Positions 26,258-35,108 of a DNA stretch of 64,000 nt are shown piece after piece. This DNA is from Thermoanaerobaculia bacterium (GTDB taxonomy: Bacteria > Acidobacteriota > Thermoanaerobaculia > Multivoradales > UBA5704). The stretch spans positions 68,707-132,706 of the forward strand of contig DATFNZ010000183.1 of NCBI GenBank assembly GCA_035266085.1, read 5' to 3'. A model generated the notes under the pieces. The model was not told the DNA's origin. It saw nothing but the letters and a program-made list of their open reading frames with translations, and made no database searches. Position 1 is the stretch's first letter. The number at the start of each line of letters is the position of its first letter. The translations under genes and the position numbers were made by a program.

Positions 26258-27298
26258 TCATCGGACTTCGATCGCCCCGTTCTGCAGCCGCACGGGGATC
26301 TTCCGCCCCCGGCGGTTGAGCAGCCACGTCCCCGCGGGATCGAGCGTGAGCTGCGAGGTCGAGCCGATCGTCGCCGAGGCCGCGATCGGCATCGTGATGG
26401 ACACGATCGATCCGGGCACGGTGTTGAAGGACGAGTCGGGCGACTTGAAGTCCACCACCAGCCGGCCGGGCTTCGAGGTGTCGATCGTGAAGGTGGACTT
26501 GCCGTACCGGGGGTCCAGGCGGACGGTGGGCTTGCCGCCGGCCACCTTGGCGTTCCAGATCAGGGTGACCTTGCCGCCGCTGACCAGGAACGGCTCGGAG
26601 GTGTTCACGCTCAGCTCGGCCACTTCCCCCGGCTCGACTTTGTCGCCGTCCGCCTCCAGGAGGAACGGTGCCGAGGGCGAGCGCACCGTCAGCGTGGCGC
26701 CCCGGGGCTCCAGGGTGACGGGCCGGCCGCTCGCATCGGTGAGACCGGTCAGGGCCGGATCGAGCGACAGGTCGAACACCTGACCCGGCTTCACCGAGGG
26801 GTCGAGCCGGAAGCGGAAGACGGCGAGCGGGCCGTCGGAGGAGTTGATGGTGCCCGAGGGGGACAGGAACTGCACCCGGGCCGCCTGGCTGTCCGGCTGG
26901 CCCGTGAGGGTGCCCTGGGCCGTCGAGTCGTTGCGCAGGCTGTAGACCACGGCGCTCAGGAAGGTCAGGGGACGGACCGGCTGCGTGAGCTCTTCCAGAG
27001 TGAGCCCGAGAGCCTTCTGCCGGGGAGGACGGCGGACCACGCGGACGGTGGCCTGCCCCTGGCGGATCGGCCGCGGTGCGTAGGTGCGCAGCACGACGGC
27101 CACGATGCCGCCCGGCGCGGCGATCGCCGGGTTGATCCGCAGGGCCATCGACTTGTCGCCGCCACCGCCGCCACCGCCGCTATTGCCGCCGTCGTCGTCA
27201 TCGTCGCCCCCACGGGCGAAGACGGAGCCTCCGAGGAGCAGGAAGATCGTGGCTGCCAGAGCGGCGAGGGCGAAGCGGAATCGAGATCGGTGTGTCAT
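26258..27298 (-). CDS. Secreted beta-rich hypothetical protein with poly-Asp/poly-Gly linker
   Basis: ATG with GGGAGG upstream. Signal peptide, then GGDDDDDGGNSGGGGGGGDK. No family recognised. Last gene of the ECF sigma / anti-sigma unit. Confidence 0.7.
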   Translation of the reverse strand: MTHRSRFRFALAALAATIFLLLGGSVFARGGDDDDDGGNSGGGGGGGDKSMALRINPAIAAPGGIVAVVLRTYAPRPIRQGQATVRVVRRPPRQKALGLTLEELTQPVRPLTFLSAVVYSLRNDSTAQGTLTGQPDSQAARVQFLSPSGTINSSDGPLAVFRFRLDPSVKPGQVFDLSLDPALTGLTDASGRPVTLEPRGATLTVRSPSAPFLLEADGDKVEPGEVAELSVNTSEPFLVSGGKVTLIWNAKVAGGKPTVRLDPRYGKSTFTIDTSKPGRLVVDFKSPDSSFNTVPGSIVSITMPIAASATIGSTSQLTLDPAGTWLLNRRGRKIPVRLQNGAIEVR

Positions 27299-27388
27299 TG
27301 CGGTTACCTCCCGGGCGAGGACGGAACCAGCCCTCAGCCACTGTAGCGTCCCGTTCCTTACAACAGCATTACAGCCGCGCGGTCTTCC

Positions 27389-28138
27389 TCAAGGAGCAGG
27401 CCGGGCCCGGAAACGGACCGGCTCCGAGGCGGCGATCCTCGCCCCCGAGGCGTCGAGCGCTTCGACGGTCCAGGTGTAGACGACCGCGCGGTTGAGCTGA
27501 CGGACGACCTCCGCGGGCAGGAGGGCGGGAGGCGCGGGAACGGCCGCCTCCCACAGCACCGTGTCGTCCACCGTGGAGAGGCGCACCCGGTAGGCGCTCG
27601 CCCCTAGCCGCGGCTGCCACCTCAGCTCGGCCGGCACCCCGGCGATCTCGCCCACGGGAGAGACCGCCTCCACCTCGCCGCCGCGCATGACGCTGCCCGT
27701 TCCGGGGGCCGGCAGGGGGGGCGCCGCGGTTCTCGAAAGCTGAAACAGCAGCCCGCCGCCGAGGACCAGCACCACGGCCGCGGCCAGCCGCCAGAGGACG
27801 GGCCGGGGCGCCGCGGGTTTGCGCGCGGCGGGGAAAGGCACCACCTGTCCGGCCGCCCGCCGGACCGGCGAGGCCGCCTCCAGGCGGCCGACGACGAAGT
27901 CCACGTTCTCCCTGCGCGCGGTCTCCGGGCCGGCGTCGAAGAGCCGGGCGAGGTCCCGCTCGGCGGCGCAGGCCGGGCAGCGGTCCGCGTGCTCGTCCAG
28001 CCGCCGGCGCTCCGCCGGGGTCCGGTCGCCGGCCTCGGCTTCCAGGAACGCCTCGGGCGGCGGACAGCCGGCCTCTTCACCCGCGTAAGCGGCGCGGAGC
28101 CAATCCTCGAGGGACGACGACGGATACGGAGCGGTCAT
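27389..28138 (-). CDS. Anti-sigma factor (zinc-finger type, single TM, extracytoplasmic beta domain)
   Basis: Internal ATG 28138 of ORF 27389..28621, in ATGA overlap with the sigma stop. HADRCPACAAE motif. TM WRLAAAVVLVLGGGLLF. Confidence 0.75.
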   Translation of the reverse strand: MTAPYPSSSLEDWLRAAYAGEEAGCPPPEAFLEAEAGDRTPAERRRLDEHADRCPACAAERDLARLFDAGPETARRENVDFVVGRLEAASPVRRAAGQVVPFPAARKPAAPRPVLWRLAAAVVLVLGGGLLFQLSRTAAPPLPAPGTGSVMRGGEVEAVSPVGEIAGVPAELRWQPRLGASAYRVRLSTVDDTVLWEAAVPAPPALLPAEVVRQLNRAVVYTWTVEALDASGARIAASEPVRFRARPAP

Positions 28139-28851
28139 CACAGGGTTCCTCCGGCGGACTGGCGGGCCAGCCAGCGCCCGAAGCGGCGCTTCAGCTTCCG
28201 CCCGCCGCTCACGATGTAGGCCTTGGCGCCCGATTTGTTCTCGAGTCCGAGCATCGAGGTGATGCCCGCGAGGGGGACGCCGTCCACGTAGTGCAAATAG
28301 AGGACCTTCGCCTCCAGGGGCTCCAGGTCCCGCTCCATGGCCGCGCGGAAGGCCGCCAGGATCTCCCCCTTCTCCGCCATCTCGTCCGCGCCCGGCGAGG
28401 GCTCCACCGGCTCCGGCGCTCCCTCCTCGTCCAGCGGGTCCGTCTGACGGCGCCGGGCGGCGATGCCGCGGTTGATGGCGACGCTGCGCGTCACGGTATA
28501 GAGCCAGGTCGAGAACCGGCTGTCGCCGCGGAAGGACCCGAGACGCTCGTGGACCCGCAGGAAAACCTCCTGGGCGAGGTCCGCCGCCTCCTGCCGGTCG
28601 CCGTTGATGCGCAGGCACCATCCGGCCACCTTAGGGTAGTACCGCCGGTAGAGCACGGCCAGGCAGGCATCGGCCTCGGTGGCATCCGAGGCCGAGCCGC
28701 GCGCGCGCTCGATCAGCTCCTCGTCGGTGAGACTGTCCAGGTCCATGAGGGGATCAATTAGGGTGAGCGGCCTCGAAAGGTATGCCCGCAGAATATCCGA
28801 GCCTGGACAGGCTGGGCCAGCTACGGGGAAGTTGAGGGCTGCGGTGGTCAT
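28138..28851 (-). CDS. ECF RNA polymerase sigma factor
   Basis: YRRYYPKVAGWCLRINGDRQEAADLAQEVFLRVH (region 2) and LEAKVLYLHYVDGVPLAGITSMLG (region 4). Start is ATG 28851 or ATG 28746. Confidence 0.8.
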   Translation of the reverse strand: MTTAALNFPVAGPACPGSDILRAYLSRPLTLIDPLMDLDSLTDEELIERARGSASDATEADACLAVLYRRYYPKVAGWCLRINGDRQEAADLAQEVFLRVHERLGSFRGDSRFSTWLYTVTRSVAINRGIAARRRQTDPLDEEGAPEPVEPSPGADEMAEKGEILAAFRAAMERDLEPLEAKVLYLHYVDGVPLAGITSMLGLENKSGAKAYIVSGGRKLKRRFGRWLARQSAGGTL

Positions 28852-28893
28852 CTTGGAGTGAGACAGGCGAGGTGGGTGGCGGGAACAAGAAAA

Positions 28894-29044
28894 CCCTCAT
28901 CACCCCGGCCCTCTTCTCCCGACCCCTCCCTCCCGCGCCCACACCGGGAGAAGAGGGAGAGGTTAGTTAAAACTTTCTTAAAGCCCCTCTCTCCCGGTGT
29001 GGGCGGGAGGGAGGGGTCGGGAGAGAGGGGTTGGGGAGTGAGGG
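28894..29044. repeat. ~150-nt GC-rich long hairpin element (family A, copy 1)
   Basis: ~65-nt arms (CCCTCATCACCCCGGCCCTCTTCTCCCGACCCCTCCCTCCCGCGCCCACACCGGGAGAAGAGGG and its near reverse complement) around the AT-rich loop TTAGTTAAAACTTTCTTAAAG. Second copy at 47586-47746. Confidence 0.8.
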
Positions 29045-29083
29045 CCCGGCGGCGAGCCGCCGGGCTTCTGGGTTGGGCCGCGT

Positions 29084-30649
29084 CTACCGCCGGCCGGCGC
29101 TGGGCGCCATCGTCTCGCCGGTCTTGGCGAAGCCGGTGACGATGTAGGTGCCGGAGCGCTGGTCCTTCTTCAGCTTGATGATCTGCTTGCGCTCGGCGTC
29201 CTCCAGCAGCTCGGAGAAGGTGCTGTAGCCGTAGTAGCCCTCGTTGAAGGAGGGCTTCTTGCGCTGCATGGTCTGCTTGATCATCGAGCCCCAGAGCACG
29301 TCCTTGTTCTCGCGGATCAGGGCCTGGATGGACTCGATCATCAGGCTGAAGGCCTCGGCCGTCTTCTTGTTCAGGCCGTCGAGCTTGGGACCCTTCTGGG
29401 CGTCGCGCCAGACGTCCTCGTAGTAGATGAACTCGTCGCAGTTGTCGACCAGCAGGTTCGAGGACGAGTTCTTCACGCCGATGCCGATGACGTACTTGTT
29501 GTTCTCCTTGAGCTTCGAGACCAGCGGCGAGAAGTCGCTGTCGCCCGAGAGGATCACGAAGGTGTCGAGGTGCTCCTTCGAGTAGGAGAGGTCCATGGCG
29601 TCGACCACCATCTTGATGTCGGCGCTGTTCTTGCCCGAGTAGAACTTCTGCGGGATGTCGATCAGCTCGATGGCGGCCTCGTGGAAGGGGCGCTTGTAGT
29701 CGGAGTAGCGCTCCCAGTCGGCGTAGGCCTTCTTGACGATGATCTTGCCCTTCTCCAGCAGGCGCTCGAGCACCAGGGTGATCTCGAACTTGCCGGTATC
29801 GGAGTCGCGCACGCCGAGGGCGATGTTCTCGAAGTCGCAGAACAGGGCGATCTTGCGCTCGTCGCTCGCCGACCGCTGGCGGTCGGGAATGGAGATGATG
29901 ATCTCCCGCGTCATCGGCTCGAGCTCGTTCTGCGAGATCACGTAGCTGTCGCTGCCGCGGGAGGACACGCGGTACTGCGGACCGGCCGCGGGGGCGGCGT
30001 GGGACTGTGCGGGAGCGTGGACGGGAGCGATCCGCCGCGGGCTCGGGACCGGCGCGGGGGCCGGCTCCTCGTGAGCGGCCTCGAAGGGATCGTCGTCATC
30101 CTCCTCGTCGTCCGAGGGCTCGGCCGTGGCAGGCGAAGCGGCCTTGCCGTTGGCGCGGCGCTTGCCGCCCCGCCGGCCGCGCGAGCGCCGCCGGCGCCCC
30201 TCGGCCTTGCTCTCGCCTTCCTTGTCCTCGCCTTCCTTGTCCTCACGCTCACCCTCGGAGGCCTCGATCTCTTCCGACTCCTCGGCGCCGCCGTCCTCGT
30301 CCTCGAAAGGCTCGTCATCGAAGCGGGCCTCTTCGGAGGTCAGCTCGGGAAACGGCTCGGGAGGCAGCGCCATGGGAATGGGCAGCGAGGTGTCCGACTC
30401 GGCGAAGACCGGCGCGGGCGGAGGCGACGTGGGCTCGAGGTACCAGTCGGGCTGGAGGGCCGCCTCGGCGGGCGCCTCGTTCAGCGGCGCCGGTTCCGGG
30501 GAGGTCTCGAGGACGGGCTCGAAGGCGGGTTCGGGGAGGGGAATGGGGACGGCCGCGGCCTTCTCCCGTTCCTGATTTTCCTGCTTCGGCTTGTTTCGGT
30601 TTTCTTCTTCCTGGCCCTCAGCCGTAGGGCGCATCCACCATGGACTCAA
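29084..30649 (-). CDS. NYN-domain (LabA/DUF88-like RNase) plus OST-HTH/LOTUS protein with ~265-aa acidic/Pro-rich N-terminal extension
   Basis: TTG start 30649 with AAGGAG 7 nt upstream. NYN core KIALFCDFENIALG...FVILSGDSDFSPLV. C-terminal LOTUS-like WGSMIKQTMQRKKPSFNEGYYGYSTFSELLEDA. The N-terminal region keeps high GC3. Confidence 0.8.
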   Translation of the reverse strand: MSPWWMRPTAEGQEEENRNKPKQENQEREKAAAVPIPLPEPAFEPVLETSPEPAPLNEAPAEAALQPDWYLEPTSPPPAPVFAESDTSLPIPMALPPEPFPELTSEEARFDDEPFEDEDGGAEESEEIEASEGEREDKEGEDKEGESKAEGRRRRSRGRRGGKRRANGKAASPATAEPSDDEEDDDDPFEAAHEEPAPAPVPSPRRIAPVHAPAQSHAAPAAGPQYRVSSRGSDSYVISQNELEPMTREIIISIPDRQRSASDERKIALFCDFENIALGVRDSDTGKFEITLVLERLLEKGKIIVKKAYADWERYSDYKRPFHEAAIELIDIPQKFYSGKNSADIKMVVDAMDLSYSKEHLDTFVILSGDSDFSPLVSKLKENNKYVIGIGVKNSSSNLLVDNCDEFIYYEDVWRDAQKGPKLDGLNKKTAEAFSLMIESIQALIRENKDVLWGSMIKQTMQRKKPSFNEGYYGYSTFSELLEDAERKQIIKLKKDQRSGTYIVTGFAKTGETMAPSAGRR

Positions 30650-30822
30650 AGGTCTACTCCTTTTGTTCCGAGCCCCGGGAAGGGCTCGTCGGGCATGTCT
30701 CGGTCTTCTATCGTGGTCTTCTATCGATCATTCAGGAGCGAGCCTTCAGGCTCGCGGCGAGCGGCAACAGACCGGGGTTGAAGCTCGGGCCACAGCGGGG
30801 GGAAAACCAAGGCCGGGGGCGG

Positions 30823-30831
30823 ATTCTACCA
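30823..30831 (-). promoter_or_regulatory. Candidate extended -10 element (TGGTAGAAT) for the NYN-LOTUS gene
   Basis: The minus strand reads TGGTAGAAT about 175 nt upstream of the TTG start. No experimental support. Confidence 0.25.
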
Positions 30832-30881
30832 CAGCGCCCAGGGCTGTACAAATTCTTGAATCGCGGCCTCACTTCGTGGGA

Positions 30882-31190
30882 TCAATCCAAGTCGAACGGC
30901 CGGGGGGGAGGTCCCTTGTCAGGGTCTTCCTCGGCCCGGCGCATCGCCTCGCGGAACCTCTCCTCGAGCAGGCGGTCGCGGTCTTTGTGGGCGGCCACTT
31001 CCCGCTGGAACACGTCCTCGGCCCGGGACTTGTCCTCGTCGAGCCCCTTGAGCAGGGAGTCGAAGTCCTTGCCGCCCGCGAGCGGCTGCTTGGCCTTGCG
31101 GTGGGAGAGGACGGTGCCCGTCGAGACGTCGATCACCAGGTCGGACCCGCAGTCGGGGCAACGGACGGTCAGCTTGCGGTCGTCAGCCAT
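30882..31190 (-). CDS. Small zinc-ribbon protein (102 aa)
   Basis: ORF 30882..31190. N-terminus RCPDCGSDLVIDVSTG (one CxxC visible) followed by a charged helical tail. Divergent from the HD gene (36-bp spacer). Confidence 0.6.
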   Translation of the reverse strand: MADDRKLTVRCPDCGSDLVIDVSTGTVLSHRKAKQPLAGGKDFDSLLKGLDEDKSRAEDVFQREVAAHKDRDRLLEERFREAMRRAEEDPDKGPPPRPFDLD

Positions 31191-31226
31191 GGCCCCATTG
31201 TAGCTACTTCTGGTAAGTTACGCGCC

Positions 31227-31817
31227 ATGTCCGATGACCGCAATGATCGCGATATCGAACGCCTGCCCAGCCGCGACGAGGCCTGGGACCTCCTCTGCCA
31301 GTGCACGGAAAAGGACGGCCTGCGCAAGCACGCCCTGGCCGTCGAAGCGGCGATGCGCCACTACGCCCGCCTCTACGGCGAGGACGAGGAGCTCTGGGGC
31401 ATCACCGGCCTGATGCACGACTTCGACTACGAGCGCTGGCCCGACCCTGAGAACCACCCCTACCGGGGCAACGAGATCCTGACCCAGAAGGGCTATCCCG
31501 AGATCCTGCGCACGGCCATCATGGGCCACGCCCCCTACAGCGGCGTGCCGCGGGAGACCCGGCTGGCCAAGACCCTCTATGCCTGCGACGAGCTGGCCGG
31601 CTTCGTGACCGCCGTGGCCCTCATCAAGCCCAGCAAGTCGCTCGCCGACGTCGACCTCCATTCGGTCAAGAAGCGGCTCAAGGAGAAGGCGTTCGCCCGC
31701 GGCGTCCACCGCGAAGAGGTCTACGCCAGCGCCGAGGAGCTGGGCATCCCCCTCGACGAGCACATCGAGAACGTGATCAAGGCGCTGCAGGCGGAGTCGG
31801 AGAGACTGGGGCTGTAA
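31227..31817 (+). CDS. HD/HDIG-domain metal-dependent phosphohydrolase
   Basis: Internal ATG 31227 of ORF 30591..31817. KHALAVEAAMRHYA...GLMHDFDYERW (H...HD). Confidence 0.8.
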   Translation: MSDDRNDRDIERLPSRDEAWDLLCQCTEKDGLRKHALAVEAAMRHYARLYGEDEELWGITGLMHDFDYERWPDPENHPYRGNEILTQKGYPEILRTAIMGHAPYSGVPRETRLAKTLYACDELAGFVTAVALIKPSKSLADVDLHSVKKRLKEKAFARGVHREEVYASAEELGIPLDEHIENVIKALQAESERLGL

Positions 31818-31821
31818 AACA

Positions 31822-31905
31822 AAAGACTGCAAAGACTCCAGGGACTGCAAAGACGAATTTCTTGCTGTTTTGCTGTCCTTGAAGTCTTTGCAGTCCTTCA
31901 GGTCC
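31822..31905. repeat. REP-like hairpin element (GACTGCAAAGAC family) between convergent genes
   Basis: AGACTGCAAAGAC and GGACTGCAAAGAC on the left, GAAGTCTTTGCAGTCC on the right. Related to 18845-18945. Confidence 0.7.
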
Positions 31906-34900
31906 TTGGTTCTCCCCCCACCTCCTCGATCCGCCGCTCGACTCGCATCGTCTCCCGGAGCGCCGCCGCGATCCGCCGCAGCTCCTCGATCTCCGCCAGC
32001 CGCAGGGGTCGACCGGTGCGGGCGGCCAGCCACTGGTCGAGCACCTGATAGCCCCCCACGCGGTACGCCCAGACCTCCGGCTCGATCCCCTCGAAACGCT
32101 GCCCCTCGCCGTTCACCACGATCCGCCGCTCGGCCGGATGGTAGGCGCGGCGCGTCACCTTGCCGCTCCCCGCGCCCTCGAAGCGGACGCCGGGGTGGTC
32201 CAGCCGGTCCGAGCGGAGGAGGTGGAGGTCGATGAGCACCGCGCCCAGGCCCGCCAGCTCCAGGAACGCCCCGCGGTCCGCGGGAGTGGGGATGCGCGGG
32301 AAATCCGCCCGCAGCAGGCCGGCGTACCGGCGCCGGAAGGCGGGGCTGTAGAGCACGGCGTAGACGAACTGCAGGACCAGCTCCGGCGACGGCTCCTCGC
32401 CGAGCCGGGAGGCGAGGAGACGGAGGTAGCCCGGCGCGACGTTCGCGGCCCGGTCCGCGCCGTCCAGCCGCCCCTCCTCCGGATACAGATACAGGGGGAA
32501 GAGGGTGTTGATGTCGTACGCGCTCACCGCCTTGTGGGCCACGACCGCGTCCGTCACCAGAGCCCCCGGCTCCTCCTTGTGCTGCCGGGGGACGACCAGC
32601 CCCAGGTTCCGCCCCACCCGCATGTGGCGCATCACCCGGTCCCTGGCGCGCTCGATCACGTAGTCGGCGTAGAAGATCGTCCGCCGGTCGAACGGCCGGT
32701 ACAGGATCGGCACGAACCTCTCCTCCCAGCCGGCGTCGGCCCGCGCCCGCCGCATGGCCTCGGCGATCCTCCAGGTCGCCGTCTGCCGCGGCGCGTCGGG
32801 GAGGATCTCCGCTTCCCGCGCCTCGCGCAGGAACCGGATCCGCCGCCGCAGCCGCGAGGGATCGGTGTCGACGGCGAAGGCGTCCCGACCGGTGACGATC
32901 CCCACCGAGCGTTCGGGGAAGATCTCCGTCAGGGGCACGCCCCGGCCGTACTCCTCCTCCAGGGCGGCGTCCCGGGGCGCGAAGAGGAAGGCGGGGGCTT
33001 GCGGCGAGGCCTCGGCCCAGCCGGCCGTCTCCACGTCGTGGCCGCTCAGCCAGCCGAGCTTTGCCGCGCGGCTCCCCCGCAGGTCGGCCCGCAGCACGCG
33101 TTTCGCGAGGCCCGGCTTCTTGACCAGGAAGGCCACCGCCGCGCCCTGGAAGACCCCCTCGAAGACGCTGGCATCCACCCCGCCTTCGGCCGAGCGCTCC
33201 TTCTTCTTGCCATTGCCGTGGAGATCGAGCACGTAGATCTCGTCGAACGTCGTCATCAGCGACCGGCGCAGGCCCCGGAAGGTGGGGTTGTCGAGATAGC
33301 TGTGGTTGGTGACGAAGGCGACGATCCCCTCGCCGGCCTCGTCGATCTTGCGCTGAGCGAAACGGAGAAATTTCACGTAGTCGTCCTGCAGCCACTTTGG
33401 GTTCCGCTCCCCGAGCGGCTCGCCGTCCACCTGGTAGTAGCCCTCGATGCGCCGACCGTCCGCGGCGGTATACCCCTCTCTCGGCAGGGCGTCCAGGCTG
33501 CCGCCGCGGTTGGCCGAGTGGCCGGACCAGGGCGGATTGCCCAGGATCACCGTCACGGCGAGCTCCTTCTTCACCCGGCCGGCCTCGTGCGATTCGCGGG
33601 AGAGGGTGGCCATCCCCGGCAGGCTCGACTGCTCCAACTCCCCCCGTTCCAGGGCGTTGGTGAGATAGAGGTGGAAGCGTTCGCCCTCGCCGAGCGGCCG
33701 GCCCATCTCCTCCAGGATCAGGCTCATCTTCAGATGACCGATGGCGTACGGCGCCATCATCAGCTCGAAGGCGTGGAAATCCCGCAGCAGGTGGTCGCCC
33801 AGCAGGGCCGGCACGCCCCCGCCCCCCATCTCCGCCCGCACCGACTCGGCCGCGCAGCGGATCGCCTCGACGACGAAGGTCAGCGTGCCGGCGGCGGGGT
33901 CGAGGAGCGACACCCCGGGCGTGGCCAGGCCGTGGCGCTTGCCCAGCCGGGTCCGCAGGAGCCGGTCGACCGAGCGCACCACGAACGACACCAGCTCCGG
34001 CGGCGTGTAGTACACCCCCCGCCGCTTGCGCAGGGCGGGGTCGTAGCACTGGAGGAACGTCTGGTAGAAGTCGAGCACGGGGTCGCGCCCCCGCCCGCCG
34101 TGGAAGTAGCGCTCCAGCATCGAGCGCACGGGCGCCGCGGCGAGGAGGGCCACGATCTCGTCCACGATCCAGCCGATCTCGGGCGGCGGCTCCGCCAGGG
34201 AGATGTAGCGGAAGACGTCGCGCAGGATGCCGCTCGCCGGCGGAATGCTCTCCGCCGCCACCCGCCGGCCGAACTCGCCCGCCACCCGCCAGCGGGCCGC
34301 CAGCAGGCCGTAGGAGAGCGTCTGGGCGTAGAGGTCCGCGAACTCGCGGAGGCCGAGGCCGGCCAGGAGGTACTCCGAGAACGCCTTGTAGAAGCCGGCG
34401 AGGTCCGAGGTCGGTCTGTCCCCCTCTCCAGGCGTGTCCCTTTCCAGCAGGCCGTGGATCCGCTCGGCCAGGATGCGGGTGCGGGACGCCAGTTGCCGGG
34501 CGAGCGACGCCGCCGAGGCGCTGGGCGGCGGATCGAACTCGACGAAGAGGTCGAACAGCTCCAGGAGGCGCTCCGGCCCGCCATCCAGGCGGCCGGCTTC
34601 CGCGCGGGCAGCCAGGGTCTCTCCCCGGTAGAGCCGGAACTCCCTGAAGTTGGTGAGCAGGAGGTTGGGGAAGGTCCGGCGGTAGCGTTCGAGCTGCTCC
34701 GAGCCCGCGATGCGGTCCAGATCCGTCCCCGGCCGTTTCGCCTCCACGTAACCGGCGATCGTCTCTCCCCGCCGGACCTGGAAGTCGAGCAGACAATCCC
34801 CCGTTTTTCGGGGAATCAGGGTCACTCCGAGGTCCAGCCGGCCGCGGTGCTCGCCGTACCACTCGAAGAGGTCGAGGAGATGGGGATAGAAGCTCTCCTC

Positions 34901-35038
34901 CCTGGCCTCCCCCCGCCGCTCCATGTCGAAGATCCGGTCCAGATAGACCAGCAGGACCTCGCGGGGGTCCACCCGGAGATCCCAGGGTTGTCTCAGGAAC
35001 GAACGAATCGCCACAAGAGGAGCCGTCACGCTCCCCAT
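31898..35038 (-). CDS. MmeI-family / type IIG single-polypeptide restriction-modification enzyme (N-terminal PD-(D/E)xK-like motif, N6-adenine methyltransferase, type-ISP-like C-terminal domain)
   Basis: ORF 31898..35038. LLDFQVRRGETIAGYVEAKRPGTDLD...QLERY...NFREFRLY (D...ExK). YYTPPELV. Motif I LLDPAAGTLTF. Motif IV ILGNPPWSG. C-terminus DFPRIP...WAYRVGGYQVLDQWL. No helicase domain. Confidence 0.8.
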   Translation of the reverse strand: MGSVTAPLVAIRSFLRQPWDLRVDPREVLLVYLDRIFDMERRGEAREESFYPHLLDLFEWYGEHRGRLDLGVTLIPRKTGDCLLDFQVRRGETIAGYVEAKRPGTDLDRIAGSEQLERYRRTFPNLLLTNFREFRLYRGETLAARAEAGRLDGGPERLLELFDLFVEFDPPPSASAASLARQLASRTRILAERIHGLLERDTPGEGDRPTSDLAGFYKAFSEYLLAGLGLREFADLYAQTLSYGLLAARWRVAGEFGRRVAAESIPPASGILRDVFRYISLAEPPPEIGWIVDEIVALLAAAPVRSMLERYFHGGRGRDPVLDFYQTFLQCYDPALRKRRGVYYTPPELVSFVVRSVDRLLRTRLGKRHGLATPGVSLLDPAAGTLTFVVEAIRCAAESVRAEMGGGGVPALLGDHLLRDFHAFELMMAPYAIGHLKMSLILEEMGRPLGEGERFHLYLTNALERGELEQSSLPGMATLSRESHEAGRVKKELAVTVILGNPPWSGHSANRGGSLDALPREGYTAADGRRIEGYYQVDGEPLGERNPKWLQDDYVKFLRFAQRKIDEAGEGIVAFVTNHSYLDNPTFRGLRRSLMTTFDEIYVLDLHGNGKKKERSAEGGVDASVFEGVFQGAAVAFLVKKPGLAKRVLRADLRGSRAAKLGWLSGHDVETAGWAEASPQAPAFLFAPRDAALEEEYGRGVPLTEIFPERSVGIVTGRDAFAVDTDPSRLRRRIRFLREAREAEILPDAPRQTATWRIAEAMRRARADAGWEERFVPILYRPFDRRTIFYADYVIERARDRVMRHMRVGRNLGLVVPRQHKEEPGALVTDAVVAHKAVSAYDINTLFPLYLYPEEGRLDGADRAANVAPGYLRLLASRLGEEPSPELVLQFVYAVLYSPAFRRRYAGLLRADFPRIPTPADRGAFLELAGLGAVLIDLHLLRSDRLDHPGVRFEGAGSGKVTRRAYHPAERRIVVNGEGQRFEGIEPEVWAYRVGGYQVLDQWLAARTGRPLRLAEIEELRRIAAALRETMRVERRIEEVGGEPRT

Positions 35039-35066
35039 TGTAGCGGAAATCAGATCTTAATGGCGC

Positions 35067-35096
35067 GCAACGATTCGCAGAGAGACGAATCGTTGC
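35067..35096 (-). other. 11-bp perfect hairpin between the SEC-C gene and the RM gene
   Basis: GCAACGATTCG / CGAATCGTTGC with an 8-nt loop. No clear U-tract, so terminator or attenuator function is uncertain. Confidence 0.4.
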
Positions 35097-35108
35097 GGCT
35101 GAAGACAA

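Noticed and set aside
28858-29139. Track ORFs over the GC-rich hairpin elements (28858..29139 and 47183..47797) as Pro/Gly-rich proteins
   Set aside because: They are encoded by the two arms of inverted repeats. Equivalent open frames exist on both strands, and they have no start signals.
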